Origin: Perkinsus olseni
Lineage: Eukaryota
NCBI GenBank assembly: GCA_013115125.1
Contig: JABANN010000014.1
Location: 62,001-126,000, forward strand
DNA: 64,000 bases
Direction: 5' to 3'
Shown here: positions 1 to 13,973 of the stretch, one piece after another
Layout of the letters: each line of letters begins with the position of its first letter
How positions within the stretch are numbered: position 1 is the stretch's first letter
Program-made: the position numbers and the translations under genes
The notes under the pieces: generated by a model
Seen by the model: the letters and a program-made list of their open reading frames with translations, nothing else
Databases searched by the model: none
Told to the model about the DNA's origin: nothing

Positions 1-2882
1 CCTCGTTGATGCGGGTGGACGATGGAGAGGAGCCCGAGGCCTCGGGAAGGGTGCTACGCTGGCAGTTGTGGTATGACCCAACTCTAGCTGGCCCATCCGA
101 GGAGCACGCTAAAAGACGGCTTGCTGGTAATTTGAGTGTGGCCTGGCTGCTGCTGATCTGCCATGCATGCCCCTGCTAGATGATGAAGAGGAAGTGATGC
201 TTTACAGCAACTCCCTACCACTGATGACTAATGTGGAGGCTGAGTTCTTCGAGAATGTCGATCTCGTAAGTATGGCGCTGGAGGACCTTCCCTGAATGCG
301 TCTCCGATCGGCCAGAGTAATCCATCGGCGACCGCAGCATCCTCATGACGGCAGGTCCCCTTGTACGATGAGTATGATGTCCCTACCGGGGATGGTCGTG
401 TGCCGTTGAAACTGCTGGTATGGGTAGAAGGAGAGGGCTCCCCGGTATCCTTCCTGCTCGAACCCATGCTCCTGGGAAGCGTCGCACGGTACAGAGTCCT
501 GATCGCCGGTAAGATTGCTACTATGGGGTCTTGTGACGGCAGCCTGCTTATAGCGCGAACCCCGTTCCTGCTGAAAGTACATTCAGTCGCACTGAAAGGA
601 AGTGCTGCATGTGATGCGGGGGTGGTGTGGTAGGTATCCTATTCCTCTGCACCTTCATCCTCATCGTTACCGAGATAATCCACCGGGTGTAGGCTGCTGA
701 GGCACCCTCGCCCTCCCTCTCCTATCGCCATCCCTCCATCAAGGTACGCGACCTTCATCGGCTCTATGCTGGGGTTGTTCCTCATAGCCTTGCTGCATGA
801 GGTGCCGGAGCTGGAGGATATCATGGCCATGGTCGACTTTGGCACCTTGATGCTGCTCTTCAGCATGATGGTTAATGTGGGCACCCGGGGAAGCTCCGGG
901 GGGCAGGGACCCCTCCTCAGGTCCATCTCCTGGCCCTCACGGGCTTCTTCCAGTACGTGGCGGCTCGCATGGTCATCCTGGCAGGAGGCCGCATCACGCT
1001 GCTGTTTTTCCTCCTCACAATCTCCACCGGAGTCAGACCCCTTGCCTGATACGTCTGCAGTGTTACGGCCCCACAGGTCCTGTCAGCCTTCCTTGATAAC
1101 GTTACAACCGTGATGCTGGTGGGGCCTGTCACTATATCCCTGTGCAAGGAGATAAAGCGGAGCCCAGTCCCCTTCTACCTCTCGGAGACCTTACTGGGTG
1201 AGATCCCGTCTACGCCGGTCCGGGTAGTGGGTTTCCATATCAGCTACTATCGGTGGCACTGCTACCCTTATCGGAGACCCTCCAAATGTGGTTATCAGTT
1301 CCAAGCTCGGTGTCTCCTTCACAGACTTCATCGTGTGAGCCCCGAGGTCAGGACTTGCCTACCAGAGCCCACGTCGCCTTCTCAGATACAACGGTCCCCT
1401 GGTGGTCGTACTCCTCCCTGCTGCGGCAGGTCTGCTGTATCTGAGATTTCGATCGGAGGTGTCGGGCAGGGCCCTACTGGACGAGCAGAGGATAAAGAGG
1501 GAGAATATTATCCACGACAAAGTGGGCCAACCGCGGAAGCCTTTACCTTCGCGCTCGATCGTCGTCACCGTCTCAACAGGGCTCCACCGTTCTATGTGAG
1601 TCAGGTCGCCTTCGCCCAAGTTGGATCGATATTCGTCGCCATCACTCTAGCTCTATTCCTCTCTCCGGTGAGTCTCTCCTCTGTATCTCCTTGGATGGTT
1701 TGGTCGTATGGTCATGAGCAAGGTCCATGGCTACGAGGCTGCATGGTTTACTCTCCTTGGCATGTACGTCGGCTGTATCGTCTTGTCTCCTCATGACTTC
1801 CATCGAGTACTGGAGGCCGTCGAATGGGACACCCTCATCTTCTTCGCCAGCCTCTTCGTCCTAGTAGAGGCGGTCAACGAGCTAGGGCTCATACGGTGGG
1901 CCTCCCTACCCTCGGTGGCTGGTGACAGCATGAGCTCGTCAGTGCCATTGGGGACCTCATCACCGACATCATCACTTCCATTCCCCTCACCCATCGGCTC
2001 TGGGTCTCACAACTCCTTATCTTATGGATCTCCGCCATCGGCAGCGCCTTCCTAGAGAGCCTACCGTGAGCAATGCCGAGCTCGCGGGCCGTTGGTTAAG
2101 CACTATCAGGTATACCACTACTGTGGCCTACATCCTCATCAATCTTCAAGGGAAGTCCGACTTGGGTATTCCGGTGACCCCTCTCACTTACGCCTTGTCC
2201 GGTAGGCCCCCCACTAAGCGTGCCTAAGTATCTTGCCGTCCTGCTTGATCAGTCGGTGCTTGCGTGGGCGGGATTGGCTCCATCATGGGCAGTAGTGCCA
2301 ATCTAGTCTGTGTTGCGATCTCTCAGAGGTAACCACACTCGGGTGGAACTCGAGTGGCCAAGGATACAATAAGTCTCGGCCAAGATCGCACCGCAGTTAT
2401 GTCCCCGACCTCCTGCTGTTCATCCTCAAGGTACTCTATCGTGCCTGACGATCCGCCTGAGTCGGTCGCTCAAGGCGAGCCCAAGCTGCAGGCGGTAGAC
2501 GAGGACAGGCCTGCATACTCCTCCGCTGGTGGTGTGGATGTTGACGAGGTGCACCAAATAGAGATTAACAGAACGCTTTTTGGTCCGGGTAATGCCACAG
2601 GACGCCTGGGTTCGCTCACCTGTTATTCAGATGAAGCGACGAAAGCGGCAGCAGCCTATAGCCAAGAAGGGATGCAACCGCCTATGAAGCGGCATCCTAT
2701 AGTCCAGTGCAGCAACGTGGAGTCGAAGTGAGTAGGGGTCTCGATTGGGTTCGATAACCCTCTCCAAAAGGCACTTCCTGCAATATGGTTTCCCTCTGCT
2801 GCTGTGTCTCATGGTCATCTGCAGCGTGTATCAAGTTATCGTCTTTGAAGCCATCGGTGCTGCTAATGACATGCCTGCCTAG
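1..2882 (+). CDS. OCA2/P-protein-like ion transporter (ArsB/NhaD/SLC13 superfamily), multi-exon, 5' end outside window
   Basis: Spliced exons give VDFGTLMLLFSMM, VLSAFLDNVTTVMLVGPVT, ATIGGTATLIGDPPNV, VEWDTLIFFASLFVLVEA and GACVGGIGSIMGSSANL, all typical P-protein motifs; stop TAG at 2880-2882. Confidence 0.85.
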
Positions 2883-4384
2883 TGCTCACTGACGTATTCA
2901 TTTTCCGGCCCCGGCGGGGGTTGCACACTTTATATGGTAGACGTTTCATTTAAATTCGACAAAATGAAGCCAACGAGAACGCTGCAGCTTGTTGACATGC
3001 CGTGACGTGAGTGACCGTCTCAAACCTCACCATGTGGTACTTGGCCTTCGTCAATCGAATAGGTGAGCTGAGTCCTTTGCTTTTGGGAGTCAAGATCTCT
3101 TAATAGGGCATCGAACGAGTAATGGCGTTGATGCCGTCAGCTGTGAGCGATACTGCTCATCCGTGACAACCCGTCATCATAGACATAGAGCCTTATACAC
3201 TTCCGAAGTCCGCACGCCGCTTGCAACGATAGACGTTCCCTGCCTGAATTGGAGCGATTGAACTGTACAGAGGTGTATAAAATCTACGCCATGAACCAAG
3301 TTGATGGCCATGCTATGGCGGCTGAGAAGCCGCTGACGGGCCACTTTGGGCATGGCCTGTTGCGAGTGGTTGTAGAGGCGTTGCCACGTAAAAAAAGACC
3401 GTTGTGGGGAAGAATTGGACAGTCTTGGCGACTTCCATAGGCTTTCTGGAGATTTCACTCTCTGAGATGCACCGCATGATATCTGTCGCAGACTCGCACA
3501 ACCTCACCCGGTGACTGTCGGGGCGTGATAAGCTGGCCGTCACAGCAGATGAGGTGGAATCGATGCATTTTGGTATGCCAATTGGAGGCGGCACAAATAA
3601 CTATCAGCCACTTTAGCTTAGTGGTAGAGCGTCTACTTCGTAAGCAGAAGGTCGTCAGTTCAATCCTGGCAAGTGGCTTATTAGTGGCGACGCCGAGTCC
3701 ATAATGGACGACTCCGGTCGGCATCACTTTCTCCGCCTTCGCGAGGTATTGACGGCCGCGAAGGTCTCGTACGATCCTGTATCCCGGTAAAACCAGCATT
3801 AATTGCTCTGAGAGTCATTTCGTCACTAGTTTCTACCTCTCGCTCGACTTGATCCCTCAGTGATGTTGGGTTTGAAACCCAGGGTTTCCCGTCTGGCTGC
3901 TCTTGTGAGCCAAGCGCTGAGCGATATTGAACAAACAAGCGCATCGCTGAGGTTGCAGTTATCTTTCCAAGTTGAGCAGAATGCTGTACAGTCCAGAACA
4001 GTTGAAGGAGAGCAAACGCCAATCCAATGTGAAGATAGGAGGCAGTGAAAAGCCGACGTAGCCGCTTCCTGTGAGCTGCCATGTGATCAGACTTCCCTGA
4101 AGCGCAGGTACATCACGGTAGCCGCGGAGTCCTTCGTGCCGCATGCGATCCAGCCGGCTGACTTTAGCGCACACAAACAGAACGCTGCGTAACAGAAACA
4201 TACCCTTCTATTCAGGAAGGCATCGCTCGACCTTGGTGTCTCATTGCCATGCTCAGGCTCTTGCGGCGATCCAACATTCATCTTGCACAGAACAACAAGT
4301 TCGATCCCTACCTCAGAGACCGGCAGACCAGTATTAGCAAGTCTGCGTACACATTAGGCGCTATCACGATACCGAGGGCAGGGG

Positions 4385-6770
4385 ATGTCAAGTAAACGCA
4401 CTGCAATCGATGTGGCTCCACTGCAGCCCACTCTTCAGCTTCGGTAAAGGACCGTCTGGCCGAAATGCAGATGAGCAGAAGAAGGATCTGGAGAGCTCAC
4501 ACTTCGCTTTCGGATATCGCCCTCCGACGTACCTAGTGGTAGCTGAGCTCAGCAACGTGATGTAGCCTGCCTGTTTTCAGACCGAGGATGTATCAATCCA
4601 TTGTGAAAGGAGATCAGGAAACAACTTCCAAGGCCTTGCTGACTACAGAAGGTACCGTCAGACACCTTGGTCGCTCCATTGATACTCGGAACTGCCCTCG
4701 ACAGTGCTTCCGGTGGTGTCGCCACGCTTAATGAGGCCTGACAGGTGCTGATGTCACTGGAGCGAAAGAAGGTCGGGAGAGGCTAACCAAACAGCTTCGG
4801 GCGCAGTCCGTATGTTTCGGTTCGGATGGCCCGACGTAGGTGACTGCCTTTCTTTGGGAAGAGCTAGTCCGAGCGTGCAGGTATAAATCCACCTCGGCTG
4901 CTGCCCTCGTGGACCACACTAAAGGAGGGTCGACGAAGACAGGCGCAGATCCCCGGGCAGCCAGGTGAGCTCCTCACAGATAGTTGGACCTTCTTGGCAG
5001 CATTCACGGCTATGGACGAGATGGCCCTGTCCCTCAGGGAATGTGCAGCGAGACTTCGACTGAGTAACTTCAACCTTGCGGGGTACTCCAGTCAGCCGCC
5101 CGAGTTCAGCACTACGACAGGCGATGCTCACAACGCGGAGGTGGCCATAAGCTATTCCAGAGTCCTTGCACGCTGTAGGGCAGGTCCACCGTATGAATGA
5201 TGAGCATCGCCGTAAGGGGATATCCTCGGTTGAAGCTGACGTGAAGCGGCGCAACTACAAAGCCAGTTTCCACCTAGGGAACGACAAGCCCCTGTAGGGG
5301 ACGTTATGACGACGTCACCACCGTTCAACGGAGCCTTGGGTCTATGCTTAGTTACACGTCCGAGTCAACAGACCGATATTTGGCCAATTATGAGGCGTTC
5401 CTGGAGGCTTGCAGGCATCCACAGGGAGTTAGTCAGGCCGAGAAGGATGACCTCCGACGGCAGCACTTTGTACGAATAAGCTTATGTCCCGCGTGTCTCT
5501 CCAATTCAGTGATTTGGTAGGATTTTGGTATGAGTAACTGTGATGAGGACGCTCGCAAGGACAGGATGGAAAGCATCTCCGCGACCACGTGAGGGTCTAT
5601 AATGACACGGTCTGCAAGCTTCCCGTCACCAATGGCAGGTACAAAGACCACACCCACGCGATGGTGGCTGACAACACTCGGGAGGAGATGCTCAGGGTGG
5701 GAGGGGCATCAAGGCAGGGTCCGCCGAAGATGTGCTGTCATCCCAGTTAAAAGCGGACTTGAGGAAGCCCCACTTCTCGCTCGCTGGCCTGTCACAGAGC
5801 TCCGCTGGTGTCGGTGTACCAAGTAGCGTAAGCAAGGCAACGTGGGTCCAGGGGTGGTCCAGTGGACGGCTCACTCGTGCCTCCCCTAGATACACTTCAC
5901 CTCCTGTCTCGGCCTACTTGGAAGGGGCTGACTCTAACGTTCGTCAGGAACGCAAGAATGACCTGGAGTCAGCGTAAGACCACTTCGTTGTCAGCGTGTT
6001 ACTGGGCCGTTAGTGGGCACGCTCGTAGTGGAAGTACAGTTTTCGACAGGCACTTCGTATTTGGTATTGGAGAGGAAGAGGAGCTATGCAACTTACGGTC
6101 GTCATCAGTTTCCAGAAACTCATACGCGGCTATCCCGGCTAAGGCGTGGGCCCTCTCGTCATCAGCCCGACGGCAACGGCATCCCACCATAGATACGATG
6201 AACGAGGCCTAGACCCTCGCCTCAAGGCTGATTTGCGAACCCATCACTTCGAGCTTGGAGTGCCGGGGGGAGGGTTCGGGTCCAAAAGACTGCCATCGAC
6301 CACCTCACGAGACGCCTACAGGTATCCGTCGGCCGTCGGCGCAGCGTCGGGCGGTGGTTCCGACCAATTGGGTTCAGGAAGCATCAGGACGCCAAGCCGG
6401 CGAGCATGCCCGAGGAAGTCCGGAAAGATCTGCGAGCTTCACATTTCGAGATCGGCCGAGGGACAGCCAAGCCAGAGGACTGGCAGACGATGCAGGTGAT
6501 CGGCGCTCTGTTGTGCATCCCGCCGCTGCCACCTCTTCCTCCAGACCATGGCGATGGTGGCTCACCCGATTCAGTCGAACGAGCTTGATAAGGCCTTGAA
6601 GGCAGACCTCAGGGCTTCCCACTTCAGTATCGGCTCGCCCGAAAGAACAGCTGAGGTAGGACTCCTTTGTAGGCTCTCCACAAGGTGCACTGCAGGCTCG
6701 AACTATAACGCAGACAGCGTACGTATGGCCGGACCTCAGCCTGGCGCCCGCTGCTGTGAAGGGCGTGTGA
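4385..6770 (+). CDS. Repeat protein with DLRxxHF(x)LG motifs, SAXO5/TEX45-like ciliary microtubule-binding protein, multi-exon
   Basis: Recurrent motifs DLESSHFAFG, DDLRRQHF, KADLRKPHFSL, KADLRTHHFELG, RKDLRASHFEIG and KADLRASHFSIG in successive exons; ATG 4385, TGA 6768-6770; family assignment from motif recall. Confidence 0.55.
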
Positions 6771-6928
6771 TGCCGAGTAGCCATACATTGCCCATGCATA
6801 GTATGATACATAAGTTGTCCACTCCCACGGGCTGATTGAGTTTGTCAACCAGACCCCCTTGGAAAACCCGCTGCAGCCTGGATGCCACTCAGTGCCCTAC
6901 ATACAGGAATGATCGCCTTCATCGTTGT

Positions 6929-9630
6929 ATGATGTCCTCCGCCGCCGATCCATCTCCCACGCATGGGGTCACCTTCCTCACTGACCTGCCCGAGAGCGGT
7001 CAACCTGTGAAGAGAGCTGCTGGTGGCGTCCTCGCACGGTTGAAGCCGAAAGGCCCATCATCTTCCTCTGCGGGCGGCAGCGATCTCAAGTTCCTCGAGA
7101 AGATACACTTCGCGCCTCCCTCTACCGACTACTACGACCCCTTCCCGATGAAGCCTGGCGTCGACTACCTAGGCTCCCTCACTCGGTTCAGAGACCTCGA
7201 ACGGATGCAACTGATGTTGGGCCAGCTGCGCGTCCGTTGGCCCAAGACCTGGTGCTTCTGTGGACTCGACACCTACCTCTTCAACAGCAGCCCCAAGAAG
7301 GACGGCATCACGGTCGAGTAGGCACGCGTCGCGAAGGATTCCATTCTGGACGGTATTGGTCAGATACGATTTCGATCGAGAAAGTGAAGCTGTTCGGATA
7401 TCGAAGCTTGAGAGAGAGCTGGACAAGGCCGCGCCCGCCTTCGTCTTCAAACAGCGTTCTTATGGCGCCAACAGCCACCTCCAGCGGACTGCCACTACGG
7501 CCCTGAACCTCGACAATGCCTTGGTGAGGCTGCAGGAAGCCGGTGGTGGTCAGTCAACCCAGCTGCTCCAAAGATTCATCAGGGGTGCCGGTGAGCAGGC
7601 GTGCATAACAAGGGTGTGCTATCGATGCAAGTATCCGAGGAAGCCCGTGGGTTACTCGATCGCTAATGGTTATGCACCCTCCGATCTCGAAGACCCGAAC
7701 AGCGATCACAACGACTTGACCCAGCAATGCTGCGCGTCGACAGAGACCTCCGTCCCTGGTGGCCTGGTTGTGTTCAAGCGAAGCAGCAGCAGTGCACTCG
7801 AAGGGGCCGCCGAAGTCGCAGAGCGCATGCTGAGGTTCTCTGAGAGCTACTTCATGCTCAAGCTGGAGTGGATTGTTGTCGACGTCCTCACTGACGGAGA
7901 GGGGAAATTGTGGTGCTTGCAAGTGAGTCAGCAGTGCACTTCTTTTGGTGGAGAAGCTGATGTCTCCTCAGGTGAAGTCGTTCCGGGTCGCTAGTGTCTG
8001 CCGGCCACCCAGGCGCTCCTTGGCGCGCCCAAATGAGGACCCCACAAGCCCGAACGGGAAGCTGCAGTTGGCCTTGTTGGGTCAAGAGACAGAAGAGCAG
8101 GAAGGCGGCGGTGGCACGGCAGCCGAGCTTGAGAAACGCCGAGCGAAAGCTCTTGGTGCCTCCGTGAAGCCTAGGCTAACATGCAGCCTCTGTCGATGCA
8201 CTATGGGCACTCAATTTCAGACCATGACGGGTCGGATGCTCCTCTGGCTGTGGCATTCCCTCCGAGCTCGCGAGGTTCATGTCTTCCCACCCCTTCAGAG
8301 CAGTACCTTGGCATCGACGAGTCACCTCACGAATAGTCACAGAGTGTGTCAGCTTTGCTGGTCTGTGTTCTTGGCAGAGAAGGAGCTGTGGAAAGCCTAC
8401 AGGGCGATAGCGCGCGCCGTGACCAACATAGAACCTCCGGGTGGGGACAACGATGATAATTTCGACTTCACTGGCCTACTGGAGGACCTCCCCCTTGTTG
8501 GGAATATCCGCACTCACAAGAAAGGCGCGTCGAAGCATCCCAACCGACAGCCAGTAGATTCCAAGCTTCTCGCCATTCGCGACGCGGCATCAACTGCTCC
8601 CGTGCGAAGCCATGGGCTGGCCGGAGCCGCGGTCAGAGGCTTCCAGTTCGGCGACGAAGGGCTGCAGTCTCCCCGGCCCGAGTACCTACACCAGTGGCGG
8701 TTGATGGTTCTGCTCTGGTCGCTCGAGGGGGTGCCGGAATCCAGTGCCGCTAACAAGTCGATCCAGTACGAAGTCCTCGGCATGAGTAGGCGATTCCCCC
8801 TGCCGGCCGGCCATCACGACGTCGCACCTATTGGTCGAATCAGTCTGCATTATCTCTTCTCCACAGCTGCTCGGCCAACTCTGTCCAACACGTACGTGGA
8901 GTTCCTTGTTACTGCAGATGGCTCGCTCTATCGCGGACGCTGTTCTATAGACCACCTCCCTGGGCTCACCAAGCGGACGGTTCATGTCGTTCTATCGGCA
9001 ACCGGTCCACGGCGACCCATCTCATTGAAGGTCACGCTTGGGACGGCACGAGATGGCGCATTGCATCGTGACTATTGTGATGTGCAGAGGATACTCGATG
9101 GGGTGTTCACTGTGACCCCTGGGAGGTTCTACAGCAGCCCCCATCCTCTCCCTACACCATGGATAGAGACCTTCCAAGAGTGTACGAAGGCGTGCGCAAT
9201 AGAGAGTACTGCGACACCGGCCATGGCGAGCTCAGCTGCCGCCACGACCACTGAGGATGCAGTCGCTGAAGCGAGCAATGAGAAAACAGCGGAGTCATCG
9301 GCAAGCCCGCCGATCTCTCGGCCAACTACCGCTGATCGGAGCACCAGGCCGCCGTCAGCTCAACAACTTTTCGAAAGCGACAGAAGGACCGTCAGACGCA
9401 TGCTTCCCCGGAGCCGGCTACTCTCCAGACGTTCTGACTCTCTCGGGTTTCTTAACAGACCCAGAAGCGCCTTCACGAGGCTCAGCCATTCAGCTACGGA
9501 GAAGCATGTTGCTCAAGTGCTGGGCTCTCACAAGCTTAGGGAAGCAGAGGAAGCGAGAGTAAACGAGCATTTAGAAAAGCTTCGGCAGAAAATTGGGCGA
9601 AGCTCGGTGAGTACATGGGTCACTCAGTAA
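6929..9630 (+). CDS. Large hypothetical protein (about 870 aa, 3 exons)
   Basis: Long ORFs 6836-7321, 7260-7994 and 7945-9630 joined by short GT-AG introns near 7318-7361 and 7923-7971; contains CxxC pairs (CSLC, CQLC). Confidence 0.7.
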
Positions 9631-10336
9631 GATCGCCTCGTGACCTCGTGGCTTTTACCAGGTGAGATCCACAACGCGTTCACTCCCTTCCACAGGAAAG
9701 CAACACGATAGTCGCGGCGGCCGCGACTTTTCAACTAATGAACCTTCCCAACCACCTCCCCCGGCCGTTGCACACGTAGGGTAAGAGAGGCTGGAATGAG
9801 CGTAATGGTTCATCTCAGGTTTTCCGACTGGTCCAGCCGGAAGGATCGGTGGGGATGCCGAGAATTCCCGTAGCGGTTTGGAAGCAGCCGGCAACACCGC
9901 TACGAGTGATGTCAACAACCCTCTTGGAAAATCCGCTCGCGTTGGGTCTTACAAGTGTGTTTGCTTGAACCACCAACGCTCTTGGAGCCCTCAAGCATAT
10001 CGACTACTTTCACTAATACCCAACTGCTATCGTTCATGTGCCTGTCAGGGAGGGTCGGAGGGTCAATGAGCGCGAAGGCGGCCGAAGTGAGCACTGGAAT
10101 ACCACTGAGGGCAGAAGCACTGAGCAACTGACCACGTGTTGACCATGGACTGCCTGCCTACTAGGCAGTGCCTAGTTACAACGAATCATGTAGCATTAAC
10201 TGAGTAGCATCGTGAGGAGTGTTGAGTTGAGTGTGTTGGGGCATGCTCTGCCTGTATCCCGATGATAAGTTGCATCGTGAACACCACCACTTCGAAGGGC
10301 ACTGTATAACACAAGGGGGACTGTCTTGGGAGAGAC

Positions 10337-12257
10337 TTAGTCTTCATCATCCAATTCTTGTAAAGTCTTACCGAAGTCACTTCCCTGAGGCAAATCAAGC
10401 CAACCTGGCCGGGAGGGTATCGGCGACTGGGAGTGCCCTTCTATCAACGCTATGGAGGTGACGCCCATCGGCCGTGCCTTGGGGGCGCGATACTCCCGGA
10501 GAGGTCTGTCGACACCACCCTGAGATCAACAGGGCCATCCGTTGAGCGTCATCGTGAGAATTGCTCACCCGCGACTGCTGCTGTCCGGTATTGCTGAGGT
10601 CCCATAAACGAACCACACCATCACTGCAAGCGGTGTAGAAGGACCTTCTATCAGCTCCGAAGGCGCAGTCCCACACCCATCGCGGATGCCCATTGAAACC
10701 GCACTGCCGCGAGAACCCGTCACTGAGAAGTTGGGCCGTCATTTTCTGATATCTTGACAACTATCTCACCTGTGGGACTGCCATATCTGCGCCGTACCGT
10801 CGCTACTGCAGGTTGCCAATAATCGTGCAGGGCCGGGGGCAAATCGAATCTACAACGGGTATCTTGTGAGGGGGAGGAGTCCCCCCACGACCTACTTTCA
10901 GCACGTAGGCATCGTGTGCGTCCAGGACGTTGAGTGGAACCCAACTGCTTGATTCCGCATCCTCAGTGAAGGAATCTCCGAACTCAGAAAATCGTTCCTG
11001 GGAAAATGGGATTCCTGTCCATCAGCGCAGGCGCGGTCACACAGCCGAAGTTTCATCGAGATCCACACTTACGATAGACGGTGTCGTCTGGGGACCGCCA
11101 TGATTGGGTTGGCTCTGTTGGTCGTTGGATTCATCCGATGATGAAGATGATGCACTTTTCAATGCCGACGGTGCAGCTGCAATGCAGCGAGTGAGCAAGA
11201 GCCAGCCTAGAACACCGTTACCATCATTCTCGAGACCATTTCGCGCATAAACCTCAGGCGTCTGCGGCGGAGTGGTATCGTGCTGATCGCCGGACACGCG
11301 CCAAGAAAAGCAGAACCCCTTATGGTTCGCTGCCACTACGGTCACATCATCACTTGATGGATCGGCGTACCTGACCTCGCGTCAGTGCCTCCCCGCTACA
11401 CCGATCGGTCACGCTACGTTGGAGCCACTGCTATGGATTTAATAGGAGACCCTTCTGAGTCGGGAACCTCTGTCCACGCCTAAATAACCATGGTTCGAGG
11501 CAGAGAGCATTTTACAGGTAGCGTACTCTGTTCGCTGTTAGGTCCCATACAGCAACTTGCCCGCTGGCGTCACCACAGAGAACCTCAGCTTGGTTCGGGT
11601 GGAGCACAGAGCAGTGTATCGCACCACCGCTACCATCAGGCTGCTGGTTCTTGAAGCACCTGTGGCAGGAGGAGGTCATCAGCTGCATGACCCCTCAGCA
11701 AAGCTCACATCTGAAAGCTCTTTTCATCATCTACAGGAGCTCTCCGGTCCCATACCTTTGCTGTGCCATCTTCCGACGAGGTGACGAACCATCTGTGAAG
11801 GAGTCCTTCAATTGAGTAGTCCCGCATTTCCACCTTACTTCGCGTCTTCCTCAAAACTCACGCTCGTGACATTATCCCTGTGGCCGCCTTCATAGCTTGA
11901 ATACGGCGCTGTAGTGTACTCACAGTCGAAGATCCTCACCCAAGGATTCCCTGCTGCAGCCACGAAACGGTCGTCAGGGGTGAGCTCCAGGCAATTGACA
12001 TGACCATCGATCACATTGCCATATTGAGCGCCACCTGGACTGTTACATCACAGCGGTTGGCGTTGATGGGAGGGCTTACCTGCAGGCAGCCCGACTCCCT
12101 CGACCCCTGGTACCCTGGACCCCGGGCCGCCTATGGTCTTGATCATCTCTCCGGTGACGGTGTCGTAGAACTTGATATCCTCACTGTACCCAGCAGCAAG
12201 GATTATACTACCAGCGCCCCCGCTGTAGCTGATACCGCTAATTCCGAGACTAGACAT
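10337..12257 (-). CDS. LST8: TOR complex subunit LST8-like WD40 protein, multi-exon
   Basis: N-terminal ILAAGYSEDIKFYD; internal VVAANHKGFCFSW; C-terminal GHPRWVWDCAFGAD...TACSDGVVRLWDL and PLREY match LST8 signatures. Confidence 0.8.
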
Positions 12258-12647
12258 GGGTGGGGTGGTGCATCAAAACAAGCTGGCTGAGGGATGGCAC
12301 GTCGGGGCTCGGTGGAAACAGGAGGCCGCTCGAAAATCCAAGATTCCAGCCACTTCGCTCTCGCGTAAGAAATGACGCCAACAATAAGGTGTGAATGGCT
12401 CATTGTCCCCGGAATACGGTTGGGTCGAATACAGTAGTTGTGAGGAAAAGTGTAACCTGCGACGGGCAGCGCGGTCAGTCGGACCACATCCAGGGCGCGC
12501 GCGAACTTCAGTGCACAACGCGCTCGCCCGAGTAAGCGCGCGACCAACGCGCCGCGGCCGGCCGTCGAGGCTGCATGCTTGCACGTCTGGGGCAGATGGA
12601 AGAAAGGTACCGACAGTAGTTATTATCTGTCATACCACTCTCGTACG

Positions 12648-13658
12648 ATGTCCAGCTCCAGTACTTGTGCCTCGTCCATCGAACTGATACCGGCGGCTCC
12701 GATATTCATCAGGAGCTTCGGACAGAGAAAGATGGACTGTTGGGTTATCTGGTGAGTCCTCGTCTTGCTTCATCACGGAAGCTGTGCAACGTCTGATTAT
12801 CTTTAGCGATAAGAATAAGGCTGCGTTTAAGTTGAAGGCCCGCGGCGATGACCACAACTTACAGATGGTCGCCTGTGAGGGCGAGTACCGCTCCATCTCA
12901 CTGTAAGGTGCATTCTCTCCACGATCATCAGAACGAGCTGATGATCAGGTACCCGGGAAGCCGCAAGAAGGAGAAGAAAACCAACCCCTTGCTGAGGGTG
13001 CTCAGCGGCGACGCAGGGAGCAGCCATTGGAGGCTCAGCTATCGGTGTCCCACCTGGTAGGGTAGGCTTCCTTCGTTCTTCGAAATCGATTTTTCTTCAG
13101 TCCAAAGCACAACATATTCTACACCGATTTTGTCACTGCGTTCAACTACGGAGGCACAGATACGGAATTCTCGATGGACCTCCGTCCAGTGGACCATTGG
13201 TGCCGTTGTCGCACCAGCGACGACTCGAGTGTACCGAGATCGAACGGGAAGAACAGACAACTCACGGTGCACTTGGGTGACGGGGAGAACCCCTCTTACT
13301 TCTTTAAGGTCGATGACGAGGCGGGCAAGGTAAGCATCTCCAACCCCTTCCCTGTTTATGGCTGTACCGCCCACAGGTGTGCTTAAAAGTTGTTAGGAGC
13401 CAGGCAGCTGGGGCGAACACGGAGGGAGACATCCTCGGTCTGACCTACAAGGAGCCGTTCAACACTGCGGCGGCCTTCGGAATCACCACTGCCGTGATGA
13501 CCGCCTGGAAGGAGAGCCATCCTAGCGGTAACTTGCTGAGGCGGTTAATGAAGAAATGCACGACGAGTGTTCCTAAAAGCCCCGAGGAGCTCCTGAAAGT
13601 AGCGAAAGGTGCGGTAGTCTGCGGCGTCATGAAGAAGAAAATTTCGGAGAAGAAATGA
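12648..13658 (+). CDS. Hypothetical protein, about 5 exons (possibly Tubby-C/LURP-like fold)
   Basis: ATG 12648 and GT-AG introns link exons into one frame ending ...VMKKKISEKK*; the fold guess is weak. Confidence 0.6.
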
Positions 13659-13973
13659 CCAAGGGCATGCATCATGACCGACTTGCTGTGAACGAGATGC
13701 CTGTTGTGTTGTAGAGAAGTGACCGAGAGTCGCCAGAGTGGTCCCATTGACCCTTAATGAACCCAAAACGGCCGAGTGAGCTCGCCCAAAATGTTAACCA
13801 TTATTGGTAGTGGAACGTGGTAAAGCGGTAGTGAGAAACATACGTTACAATAGACGTCTGAGACGACCAGTAGGAGGAAGAGGACAGCACCACTTGACCG
13901 GGTGCATACGTAGAGAGTCGGGCGTTACCTGCCATTACGTTGTGCACCTCGGAACAAGTCCTCAGGGATTTGC

